A stretch of 62,979 bases of DNA, the filler included, from Rhabdomonas costata (lineage: Eukaryota), in assembly GCA_019059605.1 (NCBI GenBank). It is 34 parts of 34 records of this genome, joined end to end, with 100 filler letters (N's around TTAATTAATTAA, not from the genome) between each part and the next. Parts side by side here need not be neighbours in the genome. Positions count along the whole stretch, not along the records: positions 24,131 to 25,886 come from JAHMHO010009533.1; positions 25,987 to 27,737 come from JAHMHO010009534.1; positions 27,838 to 29,593 come from JAHMHO010009535.1; positions 29,694 to 31,447 come from JAHMHO010009536.1; positions 31,548 to 33,302 come from JAHMHO010009537.1; positions 33,403 to 35,157 come from JAHMHO010009538.1; positions 35,258 to 37,012 come from JAHMHO010009539.1; positions 37,113 to 38,867 come from JAHMHO010009540.1; 26 more parts are not named here. The stretch is one strand, 5' to 3'. Positions 25,610-38,530 of the stretch are shown here, one piece after another. Under the pieces are notes generated by a model that was not told the DNA's origin, did no database searches, and saw only the letters and a program-made list of their open reading frames with translations. Every line of letters starts with the position of its first letter. Position 1 is the first letter of the stretch. The translations under genes were made by a program, and so were the position numbers.

Positions 25610-27216
25610 CTGAGAGAAGCGAGGATCTCAAACCCCCATCTCATGACATTCTCCTCTCGAAGTGAGGCATCCCTATCACAGTATCAACCATAAGAAGGCC
25701 GCCATGGGCGCAAGCCGGAACACGCAATGACCCACCAACCAAGAGTGAACGCCTGCACAGTGGAACCCGAATCCATCAACGTGGCTGCCTTGAACCCGTT
25801 GCCCTTTCGCTTTTGTGGACTGCATAACCTACTGCGTTCAAAATTCCGAAATTATCGCGGCAAATCAGAAAAATGCCACCACAAAANNNNNNNNNNNNNN
25901 NNNNNNNNNNNNNNNNNNNNNNNNNNNNNNTTAATTAATTAANNNNNNNNNNNNNNNNNNNNNNNNNNNNNNNNNNNNNNNNNNNNGAAAATTAAAACAA
26001 TTGTGTATATTTCCTACAGCTGCCTTCAACTTGGCCACGGTAAACAAACTTTTTCAAATAAAACTGATGTTTCAACGATGTTCTTCATTTTCCCAAGCGA
26101 AGGTTGCAAATTAGACGAAACCTTTCTCTGATACCGAGACCGCCATGCCTGCCATGGGTTAATCTCCAGACTTGAAGTTGCACTGACACGGTTGTTCATC
26201 CAAACCTCCAAAATATTCGCCGCCGCGTCCCATAATCACACACAAAATGCATCACCTTGCTACCAGAACGCCCAGGCAATGAGGCTGGCCAAACGTTGCC
26301 AAAAAAGACGTTTCCCACTTCTGTTCCAGAAACACAGGCCTCAAAATGCTTCCTTCCATGTGATCTGATGCTTATTTGTGGTATCTTCTGTTTGCGCTTT
26401 ATTTAATACCAGCGGAGTATGTTTTATTTGGATGGGATGTGCAAGGTATTCTTGGCCTTATACCGTGTTGGTATTGCCCATTGATTCTGTCGGCCCTTTT
26501 GTGACCTGCGGATACCACGGCTTAGTCCGCTTTCAGACAGAAGGCTCTATTTCCCATACTTTATCGGCATGCCCTGCGCTTAACTTTCGCCCTAATGACT
26601 TTCAACCTCATCCACCAAGAATGTCGCCTTCAATGACAGCCTTCATCACTTGGCTTAGGACGCAAGCTACTCTTCCAGTATTTTTCACAGAGGCCCACGC
26701 CATCTCTTCTATCTTCTACCTTCTAATATTCCGGAGCGTTTTATGAAATATGTGATGCGCTTGGTAAAAAGGAGGGAGTTTTTTTATGGTAGATTTCAAA
26801 GCCTTCAAAATAGTGTGCAGAAAATAAATAGCCACGGTTTAATACAAAGGAAGAAATAATATCTACAAAAGAGATGAAAAGAAAGATACATGGTGTAAAT
26901 AAATTTTTTCAAGTGCTCCACGTTCATTTTACAACAATATAAAGAACGTGCTAAATAAACTCATGTAGTAGGGAAGAAATATGCCAGAATTGGTGGATAA
27001 CTTCTGAGTTGCTAAGAGTTCTAGTGAGAGATGATGTTTCACAAAAGCAACAATAAAAGAGCTGGATGTGGATTGTGCAAACGGTAAGCGGAGTCAGCAT
27101 CAATTTGGTGCAATGGAAAACTTCAGCTAAACCTGTTACACAGTAAACTGGTAAATCGTATTGCAGCGATACAGGGGCCCAATATTTGTCACCCTTACAA
27201 TGACTACTTCTACTGG

Positions 27217-27465
27217 TTACATAATGTGAGTAATTCTATCTGTTATTATTATAAAATGTGTCCATAAATGGACCACAACACCTACAGCAGTGTGTTTAAT
27301 AATTGATGCCATCTGTCTTTGATGGTCACCTAGGTATAATTTTGGCTCTGAATGTTTAGCACTAGCAAGGAATAGAGCATAGCAATTGCCGAGAGCAGTA
27401 GTCAAATAAGCGTAGATGACCCATAGATGGTATTTCACAACATCTTCTTGTTTATTTTTTGCCAC
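27217..27465 (-). mobile_element. Degenerate non-LTR retrotransposon, APE-endonuclease-like remnant
   Basis: HLWVIYAY...PKLYLGDH...DRITHI resembles the endonuclease motifs xxxxYAP, GDFN and RIDH. The rest of the contig is AT-rich and full of stops. Confidence 0.33.
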
Positions 27466-29914
27466 GTTTTTACGCGTGGTAATTATTGTGTTGGTTGATG
27501 TTGCATAACGATTCGTGGTTATATCTGAAGAGGTTCTTGCGGTGTGTGTTCGGCTAATAGCGTGGGTCTTACAGTGGTTGGTATTTCGTGAATTCCGGTG
27601 ATGTATTTAGGTTCCTGCATATGTTTTATGTGCGTATGCCTCTGTGGCCTCAGCTTTGCATACGCACATAAAACATATGCAGGAACCTAAATACATCACC
27701 GGAATTCACGAAATACCAACCACTGTAAGACCCACACNNNNNNNNNNNNNNNNNNNNNNNNNNNNNNNNNNNNNNNNNNNNTTAATTAATTAANNNNNNN
27801 NNNNNNNNNNNNNNNNNNNNNNNNNNNNNNNNNNNNNGGGTGGGTGTGGGTGGCAGTGGGCGGGGTGATCCGCAGGGTGGCCCCGCTCCACAGCCGGAAC
27901 GTCAGCGCAGCTCCGGGGACGTACCACGCCCACCCCAGGGAGGACTCCGCGGAGTCCTTTCGGTACTCTTCCGGAAGCTCCTACTGTTTTTTTTCGCAGG
28001 AAGGTAGGATGGAATATTCTTGCATTTTTTTCTTGAAGCGGGGGGAGGGGGTAGTATATGAGGCACGTGAAGTGTTGGAACATCAGAAGTTGTGGAGATT
28101 GGGGCTGGTAACCGGTATGCCCCACGGGCGCACCACACTGGTGGGAACCATTGAAGAGGCTATCGGGGACCACCGCGCAACTACTGCCGCCCCCTTTGCT
28201 TTTGCTACCCCCACCGACACTCGGCACCACAAGGCCGGGTACACCTACAAGCGGATCCCTTAGCCCCAATTGGGCCCAAAGAACGCGGGTCTTGTTCGAC
28301 TTCTGCGCCTTATATGGCTGTAGCAGAACTCCTCAGGATTCGGCGTCATCAAGACCGACGTTTTGGGGATTCTCTTGAGTCAGTGAGTGTTCTGTCCGTC
28401 AGTGTTTTTTCCACTGACTTCCAGGGAGTCCCACGGGAACATTTTCATCACCTACGGGTGCTTCTGGGCACTGCAGTTGACCCCCACCCACTCACCAACA
28501 TACACACAGGTAACCAAACCCCCGTGCCCAGAAAATGACTTTTCGAACACGAAAAGCTTTAGGCGTTCAACGCCGTCACAAACACCCCCCCCAAAAAAAA
28601 AACTACAATTGTCCCTAACGAAGGGGGCGAACTGGGGCATGTGCCATCTGTGCCATTGATCACAACATCTTAGTGTCCCTGGCGACAAAGTTTGTGCTCG
28701 TCATCGCGAAACACCTCAATTCGCAACCTGTAGAAGGAGTATCTACCCATCCATGCATCCATATTACACTCGCACCCGCAGAGCGAAGTGGTTCTTCGGA
28801 AGAACCAGAGCAGGGGCGGCCTTCCTCTTTCGGGGCAGTATGGCCCGAGGTGGGGCCCGTGCGGTGGGCCGCCAGCAAGCCGGGGAGGAGGACAGCCGGA
28901 GCTTCCCGTGGGCCACGGTGACGCAGTAGGTCTGGGCTCGGGGCACCAGAAGAGCGTGGGCCCCCCAGCACAAGAAGTTGGCGAAGAAGCGGTTCGAGAC
29001 GTCCCCGGAGTAGAGCAAGAAGTCCGTGTTGGGACCTTGGGCGGAGCGGAGGGATCGAATTCCGATTCGGGAAGAAGGAAAAAAAGACCAAGCGATCCGT
29101 GGAGCTCGGAAAAAAATTCAAAATGGCGACACCAAAAAATGCGATGCAATTAAAACGCACTAAAAATGAACTTCAAGAATGCAAAAACTTTCAGGTTATT
29201 GAAGTTTTGCGGCGCCCCCCCTGGAAAATGGATCTTTTTGCAACCTTGCTTGGAGCAAGGGTTTGATTACGGTTTTGGTTGAGCAAGGACCACCCCATCA
29301 CCCCATCAGAAAAAGGAGCACTGCCGAAGGTATGCCATATATTAATACATATGGCCCGTTTCACGTTATAAGAGAGAGTGTGAGACATCCGATATTGCAG
29401 ACCTGGGGTAACGTCCATGCAACTAAGCGACACAGCAAAAGAAGGGTTTCAGCTCGATTTTCTTTTTTTTAATCTTGTTTTCGTTATTCTCACCAAACGG
29501 ATCATATCTGGACAAAAGACAATGTCCATTCTTTTTTGTCCAGATATGATCCGTTTGGTGAGAATAACGAAAACAAGATTAAAAAAAACAAAANNNNNNN
29601 NNNNNNNNNNNNNNNNNNNNNNNNNNNNNNNNNNNNNTTAATTAATTAANNNNNNNNNNNNNNNNNNNNNNNNNNNNNNNNNNNNNNNNNNNNGTGGTTG
29701 TGGAGTAGATATCGATATCTTCCATCCGTCCCAAGTCAAAAACACTGAAAATGTGAGTTAAAAAAGTTCAAACACAAAAAGTTATTGGGCTCCAAACGTG
29801 GCTGCTGCCAAATAACTTTTTGTGTTTGAACTTTTTTAACTCACATTTTCAGTGTTTTTGACTTGGGACGGATAGAAGATATCGATATCTACTTCACAAC
29901 CTTTCCCTCTTCAG

Positions 29915-30353
29915 GAGAAGACGGTGCTGGCAAAACTGCCGCCCATGGCGAAGGAAGACTATGAAGAATTCGAGAGGACGGTTCCCGTTTGGGGGGAACA
30001 GCGCGCTATCCGCAGAAAACAGCTTTACTTACAAGCTGCTGCTGGCTTCGGAGGAGCCGCTCTGGGGATGCTGGTGGCCAAGCTGAGACGAAATACCTGT
30101 ATTTTACGTTCTTGTTTACTTTTTGCTGTCATTCTTTTGTGCTTTTCAGTCAGCGGTGGCACGGGGTACTCTCATTGGACGGGCTTTTTCTGCAGGGTGG
30201 GTGGTTGGATTTGCCGCGCTTCCATTTGCCTTCGGAGGGTCTGCTGCCGGCCACGTAGCAGCCCAATTTGTATATCCCAATGTCGCGGACAATAAGGAGA
30301 CCAGATTCGTTCGCCGTCTTTGGTGGGCCAACAAATGCATCCAGGGGCAGTGA
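29915..30353 (+). CDS. Small two-TM membrane protein, 3' part (two exons)
   Basis: Exons 29915-30098 and 30196-30353 splice in frame: ...EEFERTVPVWGEQ...AAAGFGGAALGMLVA...WWVVGFAALPFAFGGSAAGHVAAQFVYPNVADNKETRFVRRLWWANKCIQGQ*. Confidence 0.6.
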
Positions 30354-30964
30354 AGAGCATGGATGGCAATGTCATTCGCTTTCCTGAACAATGAGTGATC
30401 CGCCCCCGTACGCAGACTATATATTCGCGTGCTTCTTAGTGTTTGTTGGTTTGGCTTGGGCATTCTGTTTCACCCGTAACGTCCCTACCAAAGAAAGGGT
30501 TGCAATTGGTCCGCCTATTGTTGGGGTGAGTGAATGTTGCTGTGAGGGTTAATGAGTACGAGGAGCAAGAGGAGGGAAGAATGCCCAAAGTTAACCGTCG
30601 CCGTCAAAGCGGTTCAATCGTGGCGCCCGGAGAGACCTTGTTGTTGCAGAGCAGTCTTTTATCTTTTGTGCTTGCCCTGAGTTCCCACTCAGGAGCAAAG
30701 GACTCGTTGACTACCCCAGTCTGGAAAAGGGTAAGTGCTGTGGGACCTTCGTTCATACCCCATAGAATTTTCCCGGGCGGTATGACACTGCAGCATTAGT
30801 GCAAAAGAACCGATCCTAGAAAATAACGCGAGGCTTGATTGCAGTTCATGGTGGTTTGTGCCCTTTGCCGCCTGATGAGGCTTCCCTTTTGTGGAACTCC
30901 TTCCTGTTGCAGCTCCCTTTCCCATTTCTGTTTTTGTCTGCTTAGATGCTGCTCTAGCTTTGAA

Positions 30965-31129
30965 ATGTCCGCAGCAGACACCGCTTCGTTGAAGAATCAA
31001 GGCAATGCCGCACATCAGGCCTCGGATTTCAGAACAGCCATTTTTCTTTTTAGTCAGGCCCTGGAGGTCTGCGGGGTAGACTCTGATCAGCGCCATGTGT
31101 TGTACTCCAACCGCTCCGCCTCCTATTGT
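30965..31129 (+). CDS. TPR co-chaperone-type protein (STI1/Hop-like TPR), first exon
   Basis: MSAADTASLKNQGNAAH...AIFLFSQAL...HVLYSNRSASY carries the K..GN and YSNRS carboxylate-clamp TPR motifs. Confidence 0.75.
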
Positions 31130-31710
31130 GTGTGTGCTTGCGTAAATTTTGCTTATTTGCGTTGTGTGCGTTTCCAACCAGCACATTCTTCCCTTGATGA
31201 TGCAATAAATTCCCGGAAATAAAAACTCATATAAGATAGCGGTGATTTGTGTTTGGGAGGGGAGCTTCGCTAGGCTTTAGCCGATGGGCACGATGAACGC
31301 GTCGGCCGTGTGTCGAACCGGAAGATTTTGCTAGAGAAAACTCAAGTTTCAGTTTTCAGTAACTAAGATGTCCCTAAAATCCACCAGTTCCGAAACTCAG
31401 TATGTTGCTCCAAAACACAGTTTTAGATTCAATTGAAAACTAAAACTNNNNNNNNNNNNNNNNNNNNNNNNNNNNNNNNNNNNNNNNNNNNTTAATTAAT
31501 TAANNNNNNNNNNNNNNNNNNNNNNNNNNNNNNNNNNNNNNNNNNNNGTGTGTGAACGTGTGTTTGCGTCTGGCATACCTCTTTGTTCGTACCATTACCC
31601 ATCCACCCAGCAACCACCGGGATTACAACCAGTGACTGGTTGGTTCAGTTACTGGGCACGCGCACAGAGGTATGCCAGACGCAAACACACGTTCACACAC
31701 ACACGGACAC

Positions 31711-33291
31711 CTGGAATTAGGGAGGTCGTAGTTGATCACCAGACTAACCTGGGCCACGTCCAGCCCACGGGCCCACACATCGGTAACAATAAGAACTCGG
31801 CTGTTGCCCTGGCGGAAGTCCCTGCGAAACAATGGGAACCAAGGCTGTCATCCTGAATGCAATTGCACAAAGGAGTTCAAGCAACGGACATTCAGTCACA
31901 AAAAATACAGCGTTTGTTTTGCCCTAACAGATGTGTGAGGAGGTGTAAAGAGGAGTGTGAAGAGGAGGAAAATTAGCCGCAGCGTCAACATAAGCGGCCC
32001 TTTGCCTTTGGTGAAGAGCGGGCTCCCCGAAGCATACACATACCCCATCACGGCGTCTCGCTCCTGCTGCTCCATCCCGCCGTGCATGCTGGTGACGGTG
32101 AAGTTGGCCTCGCGCATCTTCTGGGCCAGCCACTCCACCTTCTTCTTGGTATTGCAGAAGATCACGGCCTGGGTGATCGTCAGCGTGTCGTACAGGTCGC
32201 AGAGGGTGTCAAACTTCCAATCCTCCTGGAAAATGGACAAAGGAATACGGAAGAATGTAGAGTAATAGAAGTGCAAGAACGAAACGGCAGGAAAAAGAAA
32301 CTTGTAAAACATACGAACGTGAGGTTTTTGTGTGAATTGCACAACAGATAGATTAGAAGGCAAAATACACGGGAAAGTCATTGGGGTTCCTTGGAGGATG
32401 CCCCACCGGAGCTCAAGTCATGAAATATGTCTTCGAAATTCAAAAACTGCACTCAAAACCATTCGGGCTACCCACAACTACGGTCAGTACCCACTCTCGA
32501 GTATTCAGCCCTCTCAGGTGAATGTAAAGCTCTATTCTACACGCAGTTTTGGGTAAGTGAAGAATGTATTGGAAGATGAAGAGTGCTCTGCCCAAAAAGT
32601 GAACGTGCAAGGTGGGCCGGAGGAGGAAAATGAACACATATTCACACTCACGGCTCACTCACTCTACTTCCGCGACCGACGATCCCTACCACACTGCAGA
32701 TGCTACCCTCCAACCACGCCGCGCTCACAGCTGAATCAGGTCACATACCCGCTCCACAGCCACGAAGAACTGCTTGATACCCTCCAAGGTGAGCTCATCA
32801 CGCTTGACCAGGATCCGCACTGGGTCCGTCATAAACTTAGTGGTCATCTCCAGCACATCATGCGGGAGAGTCGCCGACACCAGCATCACCTGTGACCAAC
32901 AAAAAAGCACATTCAGTCTTCATGGCCTTGGGGAGGAACATTGTTCTAGTAAACTCGAGGTTTTCTTCCCCACGCAAGGAAAGCAAAGATTCGGTGCACC
33001 AAATACATGACTGTCCAGCTCCAGCTCTTCGTGACAGGGGTCCAGAAGGCGAAAGGAGAATGAAAGAAGGCAAGTGATTAGGAAAGGCACCGACAAATGG
33101 GGAATAAGGGCAGAAGCACGAAAGTCCATGGAAAAACGAAAGCGACGGCAAATGGATGCCTGGGTGGCCGGGGGGAGGTAGCGATAAATGTCGTAGATCT
33201 GCTCCTTGAAGCCCCGCCCCAACATCTCGTCGGCCTCATCCAGCACCAAGGTCTTGATGTTGCGGGTGCGCAGATTGCGGCGGCGGATCAT
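31711..33291 (-). CDS. EIF4A3: DEAD-box helicase eIF4A-III (EJC core), four internal exons
   Basis: Exons 33291-33160, 32889-32749, 32225-32044 and 31821-31711 splice in frame: [46 protein letters not shown]. The W in DVWARG is characteristic of eIF4A-III. Confidence 0.95.
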
Positions 33292-36200
33292 GCCAAAAAC
33301 CCNNNNNNNNNNNNNNNNNNNNNNNNNNNNNNNNNNNNNNNNNNNNTTAATTAATTAANNNNNNNNNNNNNNNNNNNNNNNNNNNNNNNNNNNNNNNNNN
33401 NNGTTTGTGGGAGAGGCCCTGTGCGAAAAAGTTGCATCATCAGAGCAAAGCACTGCAGCACGACCTATGCATGACAAAGAGTGGAGCCTACCGCTTTGCG
33501 CCGACAAAGGGCACAAACACAGGAGACAATTCCGCAGGTATAGCTCATCCTGATGCGATGGCGTTGGAAAGGGGGAGCGGTAACAGTTGCGAGTAGTACC
33601 AATTTCTCCTAATGGACATAGAGCTATAAAGGTCGTTAAAGGCCCCCAAGGTCACATTCCCGTCCCAGCCAACCGCTCTGGCGGTGGCGGCAGTGCGAAT
33701 TAGCCTTCTTCCCTGAACCAATGCTGTCCTTTTCGACCACGAGTCAACGACCGTGCCATCAGATTAGGTCCCAGTTGGCGCTTCCCATAAAACGTCGCGA
33801 GAATTCTGCCATGCTACCACAGCTGCGCGTGAGAGTGGTGCCACCTGTCATAACTACATCAACCCATATGCAAAAGCGGTAAAACCCCTTTCCCCAACGC
33901 AAGTGGACGGATGCTGATGCTATTCACTGATGACCTGCGATATGTGGGAGGAGTAAAATTCCTTGCCCTTCTCTCAGCCCTCCTTTCGGACCGCGTTCCG
34001 CCTCTCCTATCAGCTCTCCAGTATGCCGTTGGGGGCACCCACAGGGGCAAAGAATACATACCTGGCAGATGCTGCAGGTCAGCGTGTCTTGCATCTTGGT
34101 TGCCGCTGTGGCGGCAGAAACCTACCAAAAGCCCCCCCCCCCCCCCATAAAAGACGCCCCAGTTCCATTATGGCAGTTTCACAGAGCATCTTGTCGCGTA
34201 ATGCGGCTGCAATGCTTTCCATCTTACTTCCTCAGTGAAAAGAGAAGTGTACCAGCAATTTCCTTCCACAGCAAAAGCTCAGCACAAAGCAGCGTAAAGA
34301 CGGCGCAGGCCAAAGGGCAGTCACACATCCGGGGATCACGAGGGAGACCCTACGCACACAATCGTGGAAACCAGGACCTAACCCACACCCTTCACAAGGC
34401 CCAATGGGCACCCTTCCCTCGTGCAAAGCGAAGCACTAGCACCTCCCAACAGAAGAGAACACAGCACAACAAGCACCACCCCCACCTCCACCCCCATATC
34501 ACCGGTTGACATTAATCATGAAGGAACCTGGGCGACCTCACTCGGGAACGACCAACTCGTTTCATCTCAGATCCGCGGTGAAGGCCCCCGCGGTCATTTA
34601 AACCCCTCTCAGTCTTCCTGCGGCTCCGTCAATTTCACTTGCACCAGTCCAGAGAGCCTGGGGTGCACCACAAGGGGCAGCTCCGAGAACGCCGACAAAC
34701 GGGAACCCCGCATAACCTTGACCTCACACAGGCCCTCCCACAGAGCCCACGCCAGCCTCACTCGAGAAAGAGGAAGCGGGGAAGACGGGTCGCTGCTGTG
34801 GCCATAGATGTGGAGGTACGCCGCGCAGGCTGTGGCAACGGCGCAGTGGTGGCGGAGCTGCCACTGCAGCAGGGCATGCAGCTCGGGAGGGGTGGATGCT
34901 TCCAACCCGACCCTGAATATACAAAAGAATGCTAACCTCCGAGACGCATGAAAACACTAAGCCGTGAAGCCGAGAACGTTTGAGGAACTGTTGAGCATCA
35001 AGAGCAACAGTCAATCAATATTACCTTTTACTCAGAACAGAAACGGCTTCGTCCGGGTTCAAGCCGAAATGGACACTTTATGTGTATACTGGTGACCTTA
35101 AACGCAACGGCTCGACCTTACTAAAAAAAACACGAAAACGTGAAAACCACCCCACACNNNNNNNNNNNNNNNNNNNNNNNNNNNNNNNNNNNNNNNNNNN
35201 NTTAATTAATTAANNNNNNNNNNNNNNNNNNNNNNNNNNNNNNNNNNNNNNNNNNNNTTGTTTTGGTTGCATATTTGCGTTCCTGGGTTGCAGCAGTGAA
35301 GGATGGTTGGTATGTGGAAGACAGGTTTGATGGGAATGGCTGGAAACCACCTGACATGGACATGGACGAGAAGTCAGCCGTTAGCCGTTGTGACCAGCCT
35401 CAAGGAGACCCCTGAAGCCTGGTGTGCAGAAGCCGAAGTGCATTTGGTGAAGGGGCAAAAAGCCATCACTTGGCATCCCGACTTTATCGCATCACAAAAT
35501 GTTATCGGTTGCCGGCTGTGGTCCGAGTCTCGGTGGCTCTGCCTTGCACTTCCACTGGCTTGGTTCAGCCTAATTCTGTTAGGATTCTCGGCAGGGCAAG
35601 GTTAAGAACAACACAATGATGTGTCTGTGCAGTTCGGGGTTATATGCTTGGGTAGCTCTGTACCTGCCAATGCGCAGGCCATCGTGGGCTCACTCTCCCG
35701 CTTCGATGACTCCGAGGTGGAGCACTTTGTGCAGCTGTGGAAGGAGTACAGCTGAGCTCCTTTGCATTGAGCGGCAAGGAAAGGGGAGCGGGCTTTCACG
35801 CCTGCTACGCCTCTCCTTCTCTAAGCGCACCATAGACGCACAATGTGATGTGGTCCCCGGGTGACAAACCTTACTGTTGAGGCAGTGGCATGTGGGAGGC
35901 TTCACTGGAGGATTGTCTCGGAGTTCCTGCGCTGGGCGCTGTTGTTGCTCTCGGCCTTTGCTTGGTGTCTCTTGCGATTGAGAAATTTGCGTAGAAAAGG
36001 CTAACTTCGGGCCACGAGCCCCAATGACTTCTCTACAAAAGCGTTTCGCCGCTGTCATTGCCGAATGGTCCTTGCATCTGGTCCGGCCCATATTTGCATT
36101 TTAATTCGGATTTGATCAAAAACGGATACGTTTACCGAAACGTTTTTTCTTTTCCTCGATATTTGGACTTGTGGTTGCTGGGCTTTTCCAAACAAATGGG

Positions 36201-37166
36201 ACAGGATTATTGTATGGGTGGAGGTCAACGCCGCGAAGGCCAGTCGGCGATCGAAGCAGCGGGCTGCAGGGTGGGGCATCCTCCGTTTAGCGATTAGGAC
36301 ATTTAGCAGTGCTAATATCCTAATCAGTCAATTTTTTGTTGAGGTTATTTTTAGGGGGGGCCACGGGGGTAGTAAATTATGTGAACAACCTCGAAATGGA
36401 TTCGCAAAAAGAAAAGAGGTATGTTATACTGTTTTTCCAACCTTAGGCACCTTTTAGTGGTGAAGAATTAACGGTGATGATGGGTAACACCTCCTCACCG
36501 GTCAGCACCAACTATTTTCAGGCCCTCCTAAGGATTTTTGGTGGAAACTTATCACTTTGTAGTGGTGTGTGTATGCGTCAGCTTCACCTGTTTCAAATAC
36601 ATGAGATTCACATATCAGTGTCTCCGGAAACCTCGACGATCCACTGGGTTGGGGTCGCTCAGCATTCTGAGTAATGTGTGTGGTTATCACTGGGGTACGT
36701 TGAACATTCATGTTCGCATGCCAACGCCATATTCAGTGCGGAATTCAAATGCCCCCCTCTGAAAGAACGAAACAGAATGCGTTTGCATTGAGTGTATGGA
36801 TGAAAAGGTTGCTCTTCAGGTTCAGAAAAGGTTGCGCTTTCCCCTCTCTCTGCAGAAGGATGTTGTATCTTTGCTACCATCCTCACTCCGTTTCTCCCTG
36901 CTCTGTTTGCGTTGTATGTGCACTCTGAAAGTTAGCCCTTCGTACGAAGCCTGAGCGACGCCCGTGCGGCCCCTCCCCAGCCCTCCCTCCCGCGGCCGTC
37001 TCTCCCTTTCTCNNNNNNNNNNNNNNNNNNNNNNNNNNNNNNNNNNNNNNNNNNNNTTAATTAATTAANNNNNNNNNNNNNNNNNNNNNNNNNNNNNNNN
37101 NNNNNNNNNNNNGTGGTTTTGGGAAAGTCGGGCGGTTTGTGTGCAAGCAGCCGTGTGTTTTTGCAG

Positions 37167-38530
37167 TGTCTCTGGGCAACGCTGTGGTTCCCGAGCTTCC
37201 TGTGCTGGCGGCCCCCACTCCGTTCTCGCACGCTGTGGTGAGGAGCCCACAGGTCAGTTCCCCACTCTTTCGAGGCAGCAGATAGGGACTAAGATATCTG
37301 CAGTGTGTCTTGGACGATTACTGATTTTAACCGCTTTTCGATTGTCTACCTGTTGAAGTTGTGCTTCACTTTTATTTTGGATTCTGTGAGTTGGCAATCC
37401 GGTCTTGCCTCCTCAATGCGACCTCAAAATGGTTGGAGTTTCAAACTCCCCTGCAGACACAAGCACATGCTCGGCGTCATGCACCACAAGCAAATCTCAT
37501 AGATGGGCAGCGAGAAAGGCATACTTTGCGCGGTGCTCGCGAAGCGTGTATCGCCAATTGAGTGAATTCGTACACTGTCCGACTTGTCGACTTCTGAAGT
37601 GAAGTGAGCGATGTTTGAGGAAGAAGCGGGTAGACCCCCATGGGTAGTGGGTGATCTTTTTTGTAAAGGTGCGGTCTCTGGGCTCCTCGGTGTGCTTCGT
37701 GGACAGCGTAGAGACAAAGTTGTATGACCTCGAGGTGGAGGGACTGCTGCTTCCATGCCGCTTCTTCGCCCTTCTGGCTACCCTGACCCAGGCGCAGGTA
37801 ATTGAAGCTCCCTTGCTCCACAGAAATGAAATGGTGCCGCATCGTTTCCTTTCACCCATCTTTTCAATGAGTCTTTACCTAAATTCATATTGTGCAAAGT
37901 AAGAACTGCGGTGGCGGGTTTTCAGTGGACATGGTAAACATCACACGCGTGACTGTGTCGCCTCAGATGCCACTGCTGTTACCTCCGGCATTTTGCGAAC
38001 GAACCTTCTTTGCTGAGGTACTTTATGTATGTGTGTCACTTTGTCTGCGTAGTGATTTTTACGCAGTTCTTACCAGATCGCATCAACACGATCAACCTTG
38101 TAACTTGTCATTCTCCTTATTTCCTTCCTTCCGCGTGTTCGCTCAGAAGCCGGGCTTCACCCTCCGTGTCGTCCACTCCCTCGCCGCCACAGCTGCCTTC
38201 GCGATAGTGCAGGCCCACCACCGCCTGCCTACAGAAGCTTGCTTCGCCGGTCCCCTGTCTTCTGCCACCACATCTTCAACACTGAAAGACGAAAACAAGC
38301 AACCCTTATGCAGTGGTGCTGGGCTGGGTGTCGATACTGCACTGGTGACCGCAGTGCTCGCTCGGCCGCTGCAGCGGATAGAGTACCGCCCTGTAAAAAG
38401 GGATTCAACTCTGCCTGATAGCTGCGATGACGGCGAAGGCTTTGGGGGGATGTTCACCGCGGTTTATGGGGCAGGGGTGTCCCGAGGAGCTCCGATGGGT
38501 CCGCGGGGCATGTCAGCGCTGGCGTGCTGA
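37167..38530 (+). CDS. DONSON: DONSON (replisome/CMG assembly factor) homolog, C-terminal three exons
   Basis: Exons 37167-37252, 37669-37797 and 38147-38530 join in phase 0: ELPVLAAPTPFSHA...YDLEVEGLLLP...LTQAQKPGFT...ATAAF is collinear with the DONSON C-terminal motifs PTLLSPVAF, FSLEITGPIMP, LKSSQSGSF and PTAVF (recalled, not searched). Confidence 0.65.

Noticed and set aside
34062..34104. Minus-strand mini-exon MQDTLTCSICQ|gtatgt (RING-finger start)
   Set aside because: No matching continuation exon found in the contig; too short to call.
35375..35753. AEVHLVKGQKAITW as a CS/p23-domain end, plus a short terminal exon
   Set aside because: Plausibly coding but the evidence is insufficient for a family call.
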